DNA from: Amoebophrya sp. A120
Taxonomy: Eukaryota > Protista > Dinoflagellata
NCBI GenBank assembly: GCA_905178155.1
Contig: CAJINV010000004.1
Span: 11,271,886 to 11,335,885, forward strand
DNA: 64,000 nt
Reading direction: 5' to 3'
Part shown: positions 37,101 through 48,375 of the stretch, piece after piece
How positions within the stretch are numbered: the stretch's first letter is position 1
Layout: each line of letters opens with the position of its first letter
Position numbers and translations under genes: made by a program
Notes under the pieces: generated by a model
What the model was told of the DNA's origin: nothing
The model's database searches: none
What the model saw: the letters and a program-made list of their open reading frames with translations, nothing else

Positions 37101-38201
37101 GAATTTGGTAAATTTTGTCGCCCGCTTGCATGCTGTAAAAAAACGCACTTTTTAAGCATTTTTTTTCAATTTTTAAGCGGCCGGGGCTGCCTGGTAGTGA
37201 CGCATTTTCCGCTATAAAACGCATCACACCATCGGCCCTAGCCGAAAATACTTTTCTCTTTTTTCAGATTCAGACCGGGCGGAGCAGCAAAACTGCTCTT
37301 TTTTACCCTCTTCTCGCTTGGTAATTGCTGTTTTGGCTGCTTTCGGCAAAATTCGCACAAATTCCCTCCGATCCGCTTTCTGAAGGCAAAACACAGTTGG
37401 AAATGCCCGACTTTGCGAGTGATTGCATACTCCCGAGTCCCTCCCATATGGCAACGGCAAAGCCTTCGCGCTGCGTTTGCGATGGATGAGCATCTCGCAA
37501 AGAGCGCTTTGCGCGCGGGCTTTGGTTACCAGATAAGTACTGAAAAGAAAACTACTCTATACCGGTCATAATGTGTACGTCCGTGACCATTCCGTATGTG
37601 GTGAAAACGGTGCGCGTGCTATCGTGATGAAAAATCCCCCCCATTCCCATATCGAAATGGAAAAACTCGTGCACGCAACTCGCTCCGTATTGCAGCAAGC
37701 CACCACACGTAGATGCTAATCCTGTGACTGAGTGTAGCGAGCAGAGTCTTAGTGGTTCGGCATGACAGATGTCCCAACAATGACCCGAACGGTATAGGAC
37801 AACATTGCGCACAAAATTAAAGAATTAAAATACAACGCGAAGGTATTAATACTAGGTAAGCACACAAAACAAGCGCTTTCCCCTTTGTTTGAGCAGTACT
37901 TCTCAAGGGGAGGGGGAATTTTCCTCTCAATACATGTCTTCCTCGCTGATGTCAGCGGGAAGGTTCCCGACGAACAATTTGTACTCCATGACTTCTTGTC
38001 CTGTGCAAAAGTATCGCATTCGTACCAAGAGCAAAACCATAACCTACCAATTTCAATCTTGCATGACAGAATGTCTCTACTTCCAAGGCAAATCAGCACT
38101 GCAAGTTCCACTTTTCAAGAAGTTGAGAAAATCCAATATTGTGCATGCAACTTATACTAGTGCGATGCTTTTGCAATGCCTACTTGTTCCGATGGGGTCA
38201 T
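34140..38201 (-). CDS. Two-RRM RNA-binding protein (CELF/ELAV-like spacing) with Gly/Gln/Met-rich linker; many introns, 3' end approximate
   Basis: Spliced RRM1: KLFVGNLPADISEEDMRTVFTTYGMVTDVHIMTGRSQSGAACAFVHY...AIAALN...ITVSYA. Spliced RRM2: KIFVGNLPTDITKEVLRQVFSTYGVVTDVHVMVGKSDSGQACAFVEY...AINTLNNNY. RNP2 and RNP1 motifs are clear. Confidence 0.9.
34323..34575. mobile_element. Introner family A (253 bp)
   Basis: TIR ..aaaaatgtctgggtctggaa; perfect TSD taatc; removal gives EAQTAINTLNNNY. Confidence 0.95.
34630..34881. mobile_element. Introner family A (252 bp), inserted in the RNP1 motif
   Basis: Perfect TSD ggctt; removal gives DSGQACAFVEY. Confidence 0.95.
37620..37932. mobile_element. 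Introner family B, decayed
   Basis: tatcgtgatgaaaaatccccc / gggggaattttcctctcaata; flanks cgtgc/catgt; removal gives SEEDMRTVF. Confidence 0.75.
37997..38182. mobile_element. Introner (gcaaaagtatcgca family), decayed termini
   Basis: tgtcctgtgcaaaagtatcgca / tgcgatgcttttgcaatgccta; flanks cttct/cttgt; removal gives MTPSEQVMEYKLFVG. Confidence 0.75.
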
Positions 38202-38856
38202 GTAGAAACGGTTATTTCCAGGCGTTGCGACGCGGTGGAGCGCAGCTCGTAGTCACCCTCCGAGCCCTTTCTTTCTCTAACTTCTAAGACCTTTGCGTGA
38301 CGTAGTAGTTCTTTCCAGTTCTGTACCGTCGACGTCGCCCAGCTGATCTCTTCCTGCTCTTGCGGACAATCAATCGTTCTCGGGGTGTCGACCAGAACCA
38401 ACTACAGAGGACTTGGAGTTCAGCTGCTTTTCAGGAGTAGCTTCTGGCAGCAGATAGCGCTGATATTTCCGCGGCTCGTAGTTTTGAGGCTGCTCCTGCT
38501 GGTCCTGGCGCCCAGTAGAAAATGAAAGAAGGGCGGACAGGTTCTACTTGAAGCTGTGATTTTTCTGAAACGACGAGGACCACGGGGTCAGAAGGTACTT
38601 AAATCGTGCCAGAATGAAGTAGCTCTTCCCGCCGGCGGTTCCTTAGAAGGATTCGGTCGATTCGGTTTCCTGATCCTGAAACTGAGTTTTTCCTACTTCT
38701 GCGCGGGCCTCGTAGGAGGTTCGGCGTTGTTTCTTGTTCTGCTTCTGCTCCAGTAAACAATGGACTGCAGCTAGTACGGCACTTGACGTGGTTATCGATA
38801 ATGCTCAATGCGATAATGTAAGTTCGTGAGGATGATGGTTGTGTTCTCCGGGTATG

Positions 38857-41469
38857 TATCAACTGTAAAAATGTCTGGGTCTGGAAGAATGCAACTTGTG
38901 ATGCTGAATTTGGATTCCAAAAAAATCTGTATTGCATGAGCAGCAAAGGGAGTGTAATTCTTGCTACGCGTTGTTGTTGTTGTTTTGACATTTGACTCCT
39001 GTCAGGGTGGCGTTAGAACAGATTTAGCCTCTGCCAATACCGTGGCGTTAGAACAGATTTAGCCTCTGCCAATACCCCTAGGTGGACACCCGTTCCACGT
39101 CCTACAGGTACCACCCGACCGCATCCGCCGAACCGCTTGCGATTGCTTACGCATGAGTACGGCCAGTGGGCGCTAGATGTGGCTGACCTGATTTACCATC
39201 CAAGCCCTCGAGCAAGGTGGAGCTCCAGCGTTGCCTTGTTGGGTTATTCTTACAAACATTTAACGCTACAGCTTCTGTGGTCGGTTGCGCGCTAGGTATA
39301 CAGGGGGTCTATTGGTCACACACGTTGACCCTATCACGATGACGGGCAACCCCAAAGCATACCCCTTTCAAGCACTTTACCGACCTGCATCCGCGCACCC
39401 TTTTTATGCGCATAGGTAGAGTCGGACTTTGAAGCTCCGCGTTAGCAGAGCCGCCACCGCGCCCGCCCCGGGGGGACCCCTTGGGGAAGGGGGGCGCTGC
39501 CTTAGCGCAGTCTTTAAATTAGCAACCCTGTTCCCACCTACTAGTAAAAGGGACGCGTTGACGACGACGGGATAGCAGCGCCGTGCCTATTGGCTGGCGA
39601 GGACGAGATGATTAGCAGCGCCGAGCCTTTCAGCTGGCGGAAACGGAGCCCTTGCAGGCTAGCTGAGACGACCGAGGGAGCCATTTTTTCTTTCTTTTTC
39701 TTTCCTCTGCTTCCTCTTCCCTCCGCCGACACCCAGAACACTACTCCCCCAATTTCGCCCTTCTGTTCCGTTCTCTTTCTTTCTTTTCATTATTTTCAAC
39801 ATCTCTTTCGTCATCGTTTTTCAGTGCGTGTTCCTAAACATTTGGGCTAACTCTTCCTGTAATGCATTATCATACTTCGGTCTTTTCATAGATCTCCTTT
39901 CTTCCTGCCGTTTGCGCTCCTCCTCCCGTTCTGCTGCCTCTTCGCGGTCCCGCTTCCGGTCCCTCTCGTTCAGCTCCTCCAATGTTGGAAATCTTTCCTC
40001 TTCCTTTTCATCTTCTTTCTCCCTCACTGTTTCGCTTATGTCTTTGGCGGTTTTCTTTCTCAGACTTCCTGATCTCCCCTCTCCGCCTGGTTCTTCTGCT
40101 TCTCGTGATGTCATTTCTATTTCCTCCTCCTCCTCTGCCACTTTGCGCACTTGCTGCGTGTTCTTCTCTTGTCGCGTCGCATCCCCTGTGACTTCTTTTT
40201 TCACTGTTTTCTGTTCTTTCGAGATTTCCCTCTTAGGCAGTTTTCCTCCAGGCCCCCCTATCGTAATTTTTTGGAACATCTCCCGCGTTGCCTCCTCCGG
40301 TCCTTGATCCTTATAATACCCCATGCCAAAGCGCCCGAGTTTGTACACGTATCCTGAGCGGCTTCCCTGGTACTCCTGCGCCGGGGAGAAATACACATCT
40401 TCTTCTATTTCGTTCTCTTCTTCTTCTTTTGATTCCTTTCGCTCTTCTGTTATTTCCGGCATGTCCCTCCTGTTGCTGCTGCTCGACGTCGCGCGAGATT
40501 CTAATGGAACGTCTTCGGCTGTTTCTAGTAGGTCTGTGGCTCTTCCTATTATGTCCAGCGCCCTCTGCAGCATTTCGTTTCCTTCTTTCTGTGCTCTTAT
40601 CTTTTCTCCTTCTACCATTTTTCTGATAGTTTCTGCTAATGACCCGCTGACTATCTCCCTGCTCGTGTCTGTCGTCGCAGTGTTCCCTTTGGGGTCTTTT
40701 CCGCAGCGAGCTTTCACCTTCGCGCTGCTACTTGCCTCCTTCCCCTTCCTCTCTCCTGTGCTGTCTTTCCTTCTGTCGTCCTCGCCGTCACCGCCTCCCT
40801 CCTCCGCTTTCTTCCCGTCTTTCTTTTCGTCTCCTATAATCTTCCGGTAGGTATACACTTGTCTTTCTATTTTTGACATTTCCGGCCATTCCCAGATCGG
40901 TTTTGTCGGTACATTTTTTTCGCCGAAATCGTACTGAACCCATTCAGCATATTCATCATCATGCTTCGACACGTTTGCTACCTTTAAGGGTATCGCTTCT
41001 GTATAGCCCCCTTGTGTTTCTCTTTTTTCGAGGGTTTTTGGCGCGTTCTGCTTTCCCCAGCGTCTGACTATTGTTAAGCCCGGAATCTGTTTTTCTGCTT
41101 TTTCTATTTCCTCCTGCAGCTCTAACGCTATCCCTTGCTCTTTCCGCAGAAGCCCCCGCGTTTTCTCTTTCATCTCGTCGTAATCCAGCAAGCACGCGCA
41201 CACTCCTCCACTCCCTTCGTGTTGCTGTTTCTTCACCATCTCTATTGCTCTTATGGCGTTATTGCAATACGCTACGAATTTTCGCTCTTCTGTCCTAACT
41301 TCTGTCTTTAGGTGGTCCTGCCTCGTTTCAATTGTCATGCGGAATAGGCATCGCGAGGCCCTCAAAAAATCTGTGATGCTAGGGCATGCATCACAGACAT
41401 CATGGCCCAGGCAGAACATGCATGACAAGTCTCAGAATCTTCCAGACCCAGACATTTTTACATTTGATA
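38857..41469. mobile_element. Introner family A expanded to 2.6 kb by a nested insertion
   Basis: TIRs at 38857 and 41469 with perfect TSD gtatg. The halves 38857-38967 and about 41325-41469 align end to end with the reverse complement of 45530-45791. Confidence 0.9.
38968..41325 (-). mobile_element. Nested 5'-truncated retroposon-like insert with a K/E-rich ORF and a (CAA)n 3' tail
   Basis: Interrupts a family A element. ORF 39821..~41320 has no start of its own: the first ~35 aa of the called ORF are read from introner DNA. (ttg)n at 38971-38985 is a CAA tail on minus. 35-bp tandem duplication at 39007-39076. No RT or transposase motif seen. Confidence 0.6.
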
Positions 41470-44400
41470 GTATGGGAATGATCTCCGCGCGAGTCGGATG
41501 ATGCTTCTATTCGAAGATGTACTTTTTGCCGGTTCTTCTGATGTGTAGACGACTACTTTTTCCCAAGTGGTTCGTGAAGATGATCAATCGTATGCCTATT
41601 CTTTCGATGCTCGATGTGTCGGATGTGTCGGATCCTTCTTGTCGTATGCACTGCAAATCTCGAAAATCATCACGGGGCCTCGAAGGCTGCAATGCTTGGA
41701 GTTGAAGCTGTGAGTGGTAGGATCAGCTCGACGCATCAAGCCCTGGAAGAACTCTGTCATGCATGTTGCAATTACAACGAACGCAAAATTGCGGAATAAT
41801 ATATCAGAAAAGCCCTTTACATTTCTTGTTGTCATGTTTGGGCTGCTGCACGACAAAGAAATTAATACTAGCATTGCAACTTTCCAAACCCGGGTCGTCG
41901 TGGTCGTCGATATTTGCAGTTGATAAGCCGTGTGGTCGTGGATTTACAATGTAAATGTACAGAACGAACTATGCCTCTCCCGCCGAACCGCCAGATGATC
42001 TTATGTCGTGTGGAAGCTGCTATGAATTCTTGCCGCGACTCCTTGTGCTATGCTATACGACCTAACGTTCTGAACTACGACCTCTTCAAAGTCGTGGTCC
42101 CCTATGAATGTAGTTGAATGATTTATTTTCAATCAGACACTTTCTACTATGTTGGTTGGGGTTCTTCGGTGGTTTAGTAAAACTGCATTCTGAATTTATT
42201 CTTGCGGTGGAGGACTCACTTCCAAAGCAGAAATCTTGTAGTACAAGAGTGCTAGCTACTGGGTCGGCTTTTTTGTACCAAGAAACCAAACGAGGGTTGA
42301 AGAATGGGGCGAGGTAAAATAAACAAAACAGGAAGAAATCTTTCCTCCTTCGGGTCAAAAACTCTAACTCGTTCGTTCGTGTGCAGGGTGATAGTTTACT
42401 TCTTGAGGGGTACGCTAATAATTGTTTTCATCGATCGAGCGTGTCTCGAACAGGGGTAGTAGAGCGAAGAGATGAATACTTATTTTCAACGGCTTGGGAT
42501 CTATTTTTGAAGGGGACCACGGGCGGCCAGATGAGCCAACTTGTTTTACTTTTTTTGAATACCACTTAGAGGGTGGGCTCTTTCGGGGAAAGTTCTCTAA
42601 TCACGTTGTGACGTAAAAAAAACGCCAAAGTAGTTCTTGTGTCAGAATCTTTTTTTTCGCCTAGCTTTGTTCCCGAGCAGGTTCTTAAAGCGGCCGTTTT
42701 CTAGTTTTTTTCACGAAGCTGTTCAAATAAATCACTGAAAAATAAACTCACTTTCTTCACTTATTAATCTTACAGATTTCGTAGAATTTGTTTTGTCGTT
42801 CGCGGGGGAATAAAAAAACGTAGTTTCTAAATTAAAAAGTTTTTCCCGTGCTGCCTTTATGATTCGCTACTAGAAATTTTTGAATGCGTTCTGATTTGTA
42901 ATTGGAACTTTAAATTCCTAGTACTATGAATTGGTTGTCGCTAAGGATATAATTAAGCTTGTGTGCTAACTAACGCCCAACACTACTTCTTGTGAACCAG
43001 TGTTTGATGTGACTGGGCCGAGTAAAACAACAGGCTTAATTTTCCTTGTTTGGTCGCTGACAACAAGCATCGTGATTCAAAATACTCCAACGCGCTTGTC
43101 TGAAAAAGCTGCTCGCGCTACAGTTCACCTTTTTACATACCGTTTACGCATGTTGTTACCAGACAAAAATTCTACGCCCACCGTGGCCAGAAAGGAAAGG
43201 CAATTGTTCCACAAGATAATTCTTGCCATCTAAAGGTTAAGATCTTTTTTACGCAACAACGCTGAATGCCTCAAATCGCCTAACGAGATCCATCCGCAAG
43301 GTAGTTCCATGCGCACTCCAGCTCCTACTTGATGATCAGCTACTACGCATGTAATAAGCTGCGAGCGCGACCACTACTACCATTGCTCGGTATAATGTAC
43401 GATCATCGTGTTTGTTCTCTTGTTAATACTCTTCTTATGATATTATAGACACACTAGATCCATCGTGTCGACGCCAGATGTTGCACTTTTTGCGAGCTTA
43501 GGTACCAATGGGATACTATGCCTGTATGACGCTTAACAGTACTAGCAATTAATAGATATATTTGTAAGTGGAGTGAAGTACATGATTTTTCCGCACAATA
43601 ATCAAGGTACGCCGGCGCGAGACCCCGATCTGTCTGGTCAGTGGCCGACGTGCTGGTGGTTCCGGTTTAGTAAAGGGCTATGGCTCTTTCGGTTTTGCGA
43701 CACCGCAGTACCAGCTCCAACAGCAGTAGTAAAAAAATCTGTCTAGTATAGCAGTAGACTTTTTCGGTGTCAAGTGCACGCTGGAGAAAGACGAAACGGA
43801 AAAAAAAACGCAACCAAGTACGGACACAAATTCACACAAGTCAAGCCTTGTCTGCCAGTCATTCGGAATGGAACACTTGCCTGTTTGCATTTCATCAGTG
43901 AAGAAATTTCAATCGGCCTCATTCCAGTTACAACGATGGAGCGCTCAACTCTGCTGTTCAGTCTCGTTCTGGTCGTGGAGGTGCCTTGGAACTAACACTA
44001 CACTATTTCGCGCAGTAGAAGCAAAGTCGCTGAATTTCCATTTCGGGTAAAGTCTTAAGAAGTAAGGCGGCTGCAAAGGCAACACACAACACGTCATTCA
44101 TGTGCAGGGCGCGATGCTGGGGGACACAGGGCAACATTCAATTTGCATGATAAGTTAATTCATTCGTCTTCACGTAGAGGCCCAGCACTGGTAGAGCATT
44201 TACTTATTTCCCAACTACGTTGTACTTACTACCGGCACCGTTGGGGCTACCTCGGGTCTCTTTCATTTTCCTGTTCGCTTTAGCCTATACCGTTTCATCG
44301 GGTCCCCCTAGGCACATTTGCAGGAGATATCGCATGAATCTCGACAATTGCTCAAATCACTCGCAGCTGCCTAGATGCATCTTGCCATTTAGTTTACTTT

Positions 44401-44618
44401 TTGTCTTTCCGACGGGAAGTAAAGTCAGGGCCGCGATGCAGTATTAATCAAAGCGAATGCGTAGATCCATAGTAATCAATAAGTTGTCCTTGCCCAAATG
44501 GAAAAGCATACGCAGCAGTGCATAATTTCAAAATTTCGTCGTCAGAAATCGTACAGTATATGCCTCTGTGGGGGGAAGTCGCAACTCGACCTGCTGTATC
44601 GAGCTACTAATTTCGCCT

Positions 44619-47600
44619 CTAGACCAGAAGCGGCTCGCGATCCGTCTCGAAGCGTGGGGGGGCAAGGGGAAAGTTTTTTGTGCTCGTCCTGTCAAGCTCG
44701 TCTTCCTGATCTATTTCGGTCACGGAGTGTGGTCCTGAGAACGGGTCCGTACTGTGATGTCGCTTGAAAGAGGCAGAGGCAGAGTCGCCTCTTTTGTCAT
44801 AACATCCCTGTTCGTGTTTCGATCCTCTGTGCTCTACACGCATATTACAACTTGCAGCTGTGGCTTGCTCCCTCCCGTCGTATTCGATATTTTCCTCGAG
44901 TCGTGTGGTAGAATCAACGTGTCCGGAGGTCGTCTCACTAGCCTGATTCGGTTCTTTGTTCTTCCGTCCCCCGCAACAGCTTCCTCTGCTTCCCGGTGGG
45001 TTGTGTGTGCAAATGAGTAGCCAGTAGATTCCGGAGAAGAGCACGGCGAGCGCGACCACCACGGCGACCGCAACGGCGGGCGCCTGTCGCCAGTCGAGCA
45101 GGTGCGGGTAGATCGCGTAACCCTGCACGAAGGTCCAGATCATGTTCACAAATGCGTACAGTACCAGCATCGTAATCAGCAGAAAACACCGCCCCCACCG
45201 GAAACGCTGCTGCACCTGCGTTTGTATCAGGGATCTAGAGATTCATTCTTGAAGGGTCAGAAAAACAGATGAACGACAATCGAGAAGATCATAGACATGA
45301 TATTAGATACTGAAGAGCAAAAGAAAAAAGCTAAAGTGGAACAAGTAGCGGTAACACAACTATAGTCTTGTTCATTATTTTACCAGCAGCAGCTCGGTGA
45401 GGCTTGCGAAAACGATGAACCCATGCTCGAGTACTGTCAAGGTGAACGCGGTCCGCCGCTTTGCTTTGCTACTGTCGAACAACTTCTTGGCAAGGGGGTA
45501 TTTCTGCTGCGCCTGGTCCTTGTCCGAATTATTGATTGCAAAAATGTCTGGGTCTGGAAGATTCTGAGACTTGTCATGCATGTTTTGCATGACCCACGAT
45601 GTCTGTAATGCACGACCTAGCGTCACAGATTTTTCGAGGGCTTCCTGATGCCTGTTCCGCATGAGAAATACCGTCTCCATGTAGCACAAAGTGAACTCCT
45701 CTTGCTGGTCATGCAATACAGATTTTTTTAGAATGCAGAGGCAGCATCACAAGTTGCATTCTTCCAGACCCAGACGTTTTTACATTTGATACGAATTATT
45801 GTCGTACAACTTTATGTACTCCAGCACGATTTTCCTGGCCACGTTGAACCTCTGTCGGATGTCCTGCCGCGTGAGATCCTCGATGGGCTCCTCGCCCGGC
45901 AGAAGTGGCGGATTTGTGTTGCTGTAGTTTTCATCTACTACCAGCTGCAAATGCGCATGCACGGTGGCGATTCGCTTCAGCAAGGCGCCCAGCATCTTCT
46001 CGCGCCGCTGCCGCAACGCCGCGGCGTTGAAGCTGCGCTGCTGGCGGGTGTTGGTACTACCGCCCTGTCCACCTCCTCTCGACGCAGACGAACCACCAGG
46101 TGGTCCTCTTTGCCCTCTGTGCTGCGAAGATCTTCGAGGACCTTGTTGTGATAATGGGGACGCCTCCGAGGCCGACGGTGGTGCTACATCAGAAAAGTCC
46201 AGCACAACGTTGCTTGTTGCCCACGGAGATGGACCTGCAGGAGATCGTGAAAATAAAGGAGGCTCGGGTCCTGGTTGTTCAATAACATCACCACTCGATT
46301 GACCGTCATCAAAATTTTGCTTCCGCATGAACTCCGCTAGCGTGTCTCTTACGCGTTCCCTCATGAAGTTCGCGTCCAGCGGATTGTACTCCGTATACGC
46401 CCGGCTCTCGTACTCAACCGCCGTCGGATAGAACGCCGTGGGTTGGAGGAGCAGCAAGTCCGACACTGCGGCGGCCTTCGCCTTCCCGTGGTACTGCTGC
46501 ACCAGGTTCCGCATTTCGGTCAGCAGCTCGATCTCCTGCAGGTTTTCCACCGTGATCCGCTGGGCGGCAAACGACCCCTCCTGGCTCACCTTGTTGCGCA
46601 CATAAAAGTTGCTGCTGATGTAGTCGAATTCCGAGGCGCGGTGTAACGCGGCCCAGTACACGACGCAAATCAAGAGCGACACGATGATGATCCACTCCTG
46701 CAGCACCCGGATCACCTTGGTCAGCGACGAATTTTCGTGCGACTGGATGCGGAGTTGCATGAAAAAGTCCTGCCGTCTCGCCGGGATCTGCAACTCCACC
46801 TCGTCCTGTTCCACCATCTCGTGCGCCGCCTGGCAGGCCTGCTCCGCAAGCTGGTGGCTGGCGCGGGGCCTACAACTTGACAGTGTATTTCTAACGGAGG
46901 AGTTTTTCTTGTCGTGTTGCAGATCATCTTCGTGGTGGGTGGCGCCAAGAATGAGGTCTTTTTCTTCATCGTCGCGAAAAGTTTTTACTGTAGTTGGCTC
47001 AACGCTACCGCTGCGTAGTCGTTGTTGTGGTCGTGGAGTTTCTTTACTTCGTCTGCGCTCCTGAATAATATTGCTGTTCATCGGCATGTCGTGATTTCCG
47101 GTTTCCGGAAGAAAAAGTGCACTTTTCTGGCTGCTTTGAAGATCTACTACGTCGTAGGGAGCTGTTCCTTTCGCGGCACCTCGTTCTGCGTCGTAGCTGA
47201 TTTCGTTTTCACCATCCGAATTTATCTCGTGCAGCAATGTTGCCGCACCCGCCTGCTGCTCCTGTCGAACGCAAAACCTATGTTTTTCAATTCATTATGT
47301 GGTGGCTTACGCAAAAGAAATTCAAATTACTAGAGAAGAGTAATCTTCTGCACGTTTGCAAATTCATTCGAAAGTTCTTCAATGGCTTTATTAACATTAA
47401 GTTTCTGTTCGCAGAAGATTTCTTTTGTATAAACAAACATGCTTTCCACACATATCAGTACGCGAGCGTGCTGGCGCTGCAGGCTTTGCGGTAGAGTCTC
47501 TGTTGACGCCAAAAGAGGAGGAGGTAGTAGACGAAGCTGACCAGCACGTTGACCCGGGTCAAGTACGCGGCGTAGGCCTTGGGCAGAAAGTTCTCGCTGG

Positions 47601-48375
47601 TGATGCCCACGATGAAAATCCCGCAGGCGTAGGACAGCGTGCCTACCAGTCGGCAGAAGGCCAAGATCAGCGGGTAATTGCGGACAAAGTGCCTCGGCTC
47701 GTCGAACCACAGATTGTCCGGATCGTGCTCCGCTATCTGCATGTCGCCAAAGCAAAACCGGTCGAGCCAAGAAGTAGATCCTCCTTGTTCTCGCGAAGAT
47801 CCTCGTGCTCCTCGTTTTTGCTCTGCTCCTGCTGGGTCAACATTCTTCCTAGTTTCTTCCTTGTTTCCACTACAACTTCTAGTTGCAGTGTTCCTCCCCT
47901 CGTCCTCGTCGTCCCTTTGGGTTCTTTCTGAGAAAAACCCTCCTGTGCTGCTTTTTAACAGGTGTGTCTGCTCAAGAAGTGTCGTTTCCTCCTCCTCTTT
48001 ATTCCCATTTTGTTTTTCTGGTTCATTTTCTAGGACGACCGGCGGAAGAACAAGCAGAGGAGCAGAAGCTTGTGAGGACGGCTCCTGGACAGTGTCCACA
48101 TCATCCCGCCTTCCCCTTCCGGAGGAAACCAGCTTGGTGGAGGTGGATGATGTTGCCCTAGATGTAGTTGAGGGCGCCAGGAGGACAACACTTTGGCTCT
48201 TCTGCGCCGCCTCGTCGCGACGAAAAGTAGACGCGCTTTCCTGAATGTGTCGGCTGCTGTAGCTTTTGTGCTGGCGTTCTACTTCGGGGTCACCTCGTCC
48301 CGCCCGCGTGCTACTGCTAGAAGTTCTGGTGTACATCCCTACTTTTATGATGTCTCCCCGATTTTTCTTCTTCAC
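44619..48375 (-). CDS. Multi-pass membrane protein, FAR-17a/AIG1 / Rolling-stone-like (paralog 1)
   Basis: TM motifs AYLTRVNV, LQEWIIIVSLLICVVYWAAL, VLEHGFIVFASLTELLL and IYPHLLDW. Exons 47455-48375, 45792-47275, 45385-45529 and 44619-45215. Confidence 0.7.
45530..45791. mobile_element. Introner family A (262 bp)
   Basis: Perfect TSD cgaat; ~45-bp TIR; removal gives LYDNNSDKDQAQQKYP. Confidence 0.95.

Noticed and set aside
39821-41428. Autonomous transposase or gag zinc knuckle for the introners
   Set aside because: The Cys-rich N-terminus is translated introner arm, and no DDE, RT or CCHC motif is recognisable in the remainder.
47275-47460. Introner in paralog 1
   Set aside because: No matching flanks or TIR; a canonical GT-AG intron restores the frame.
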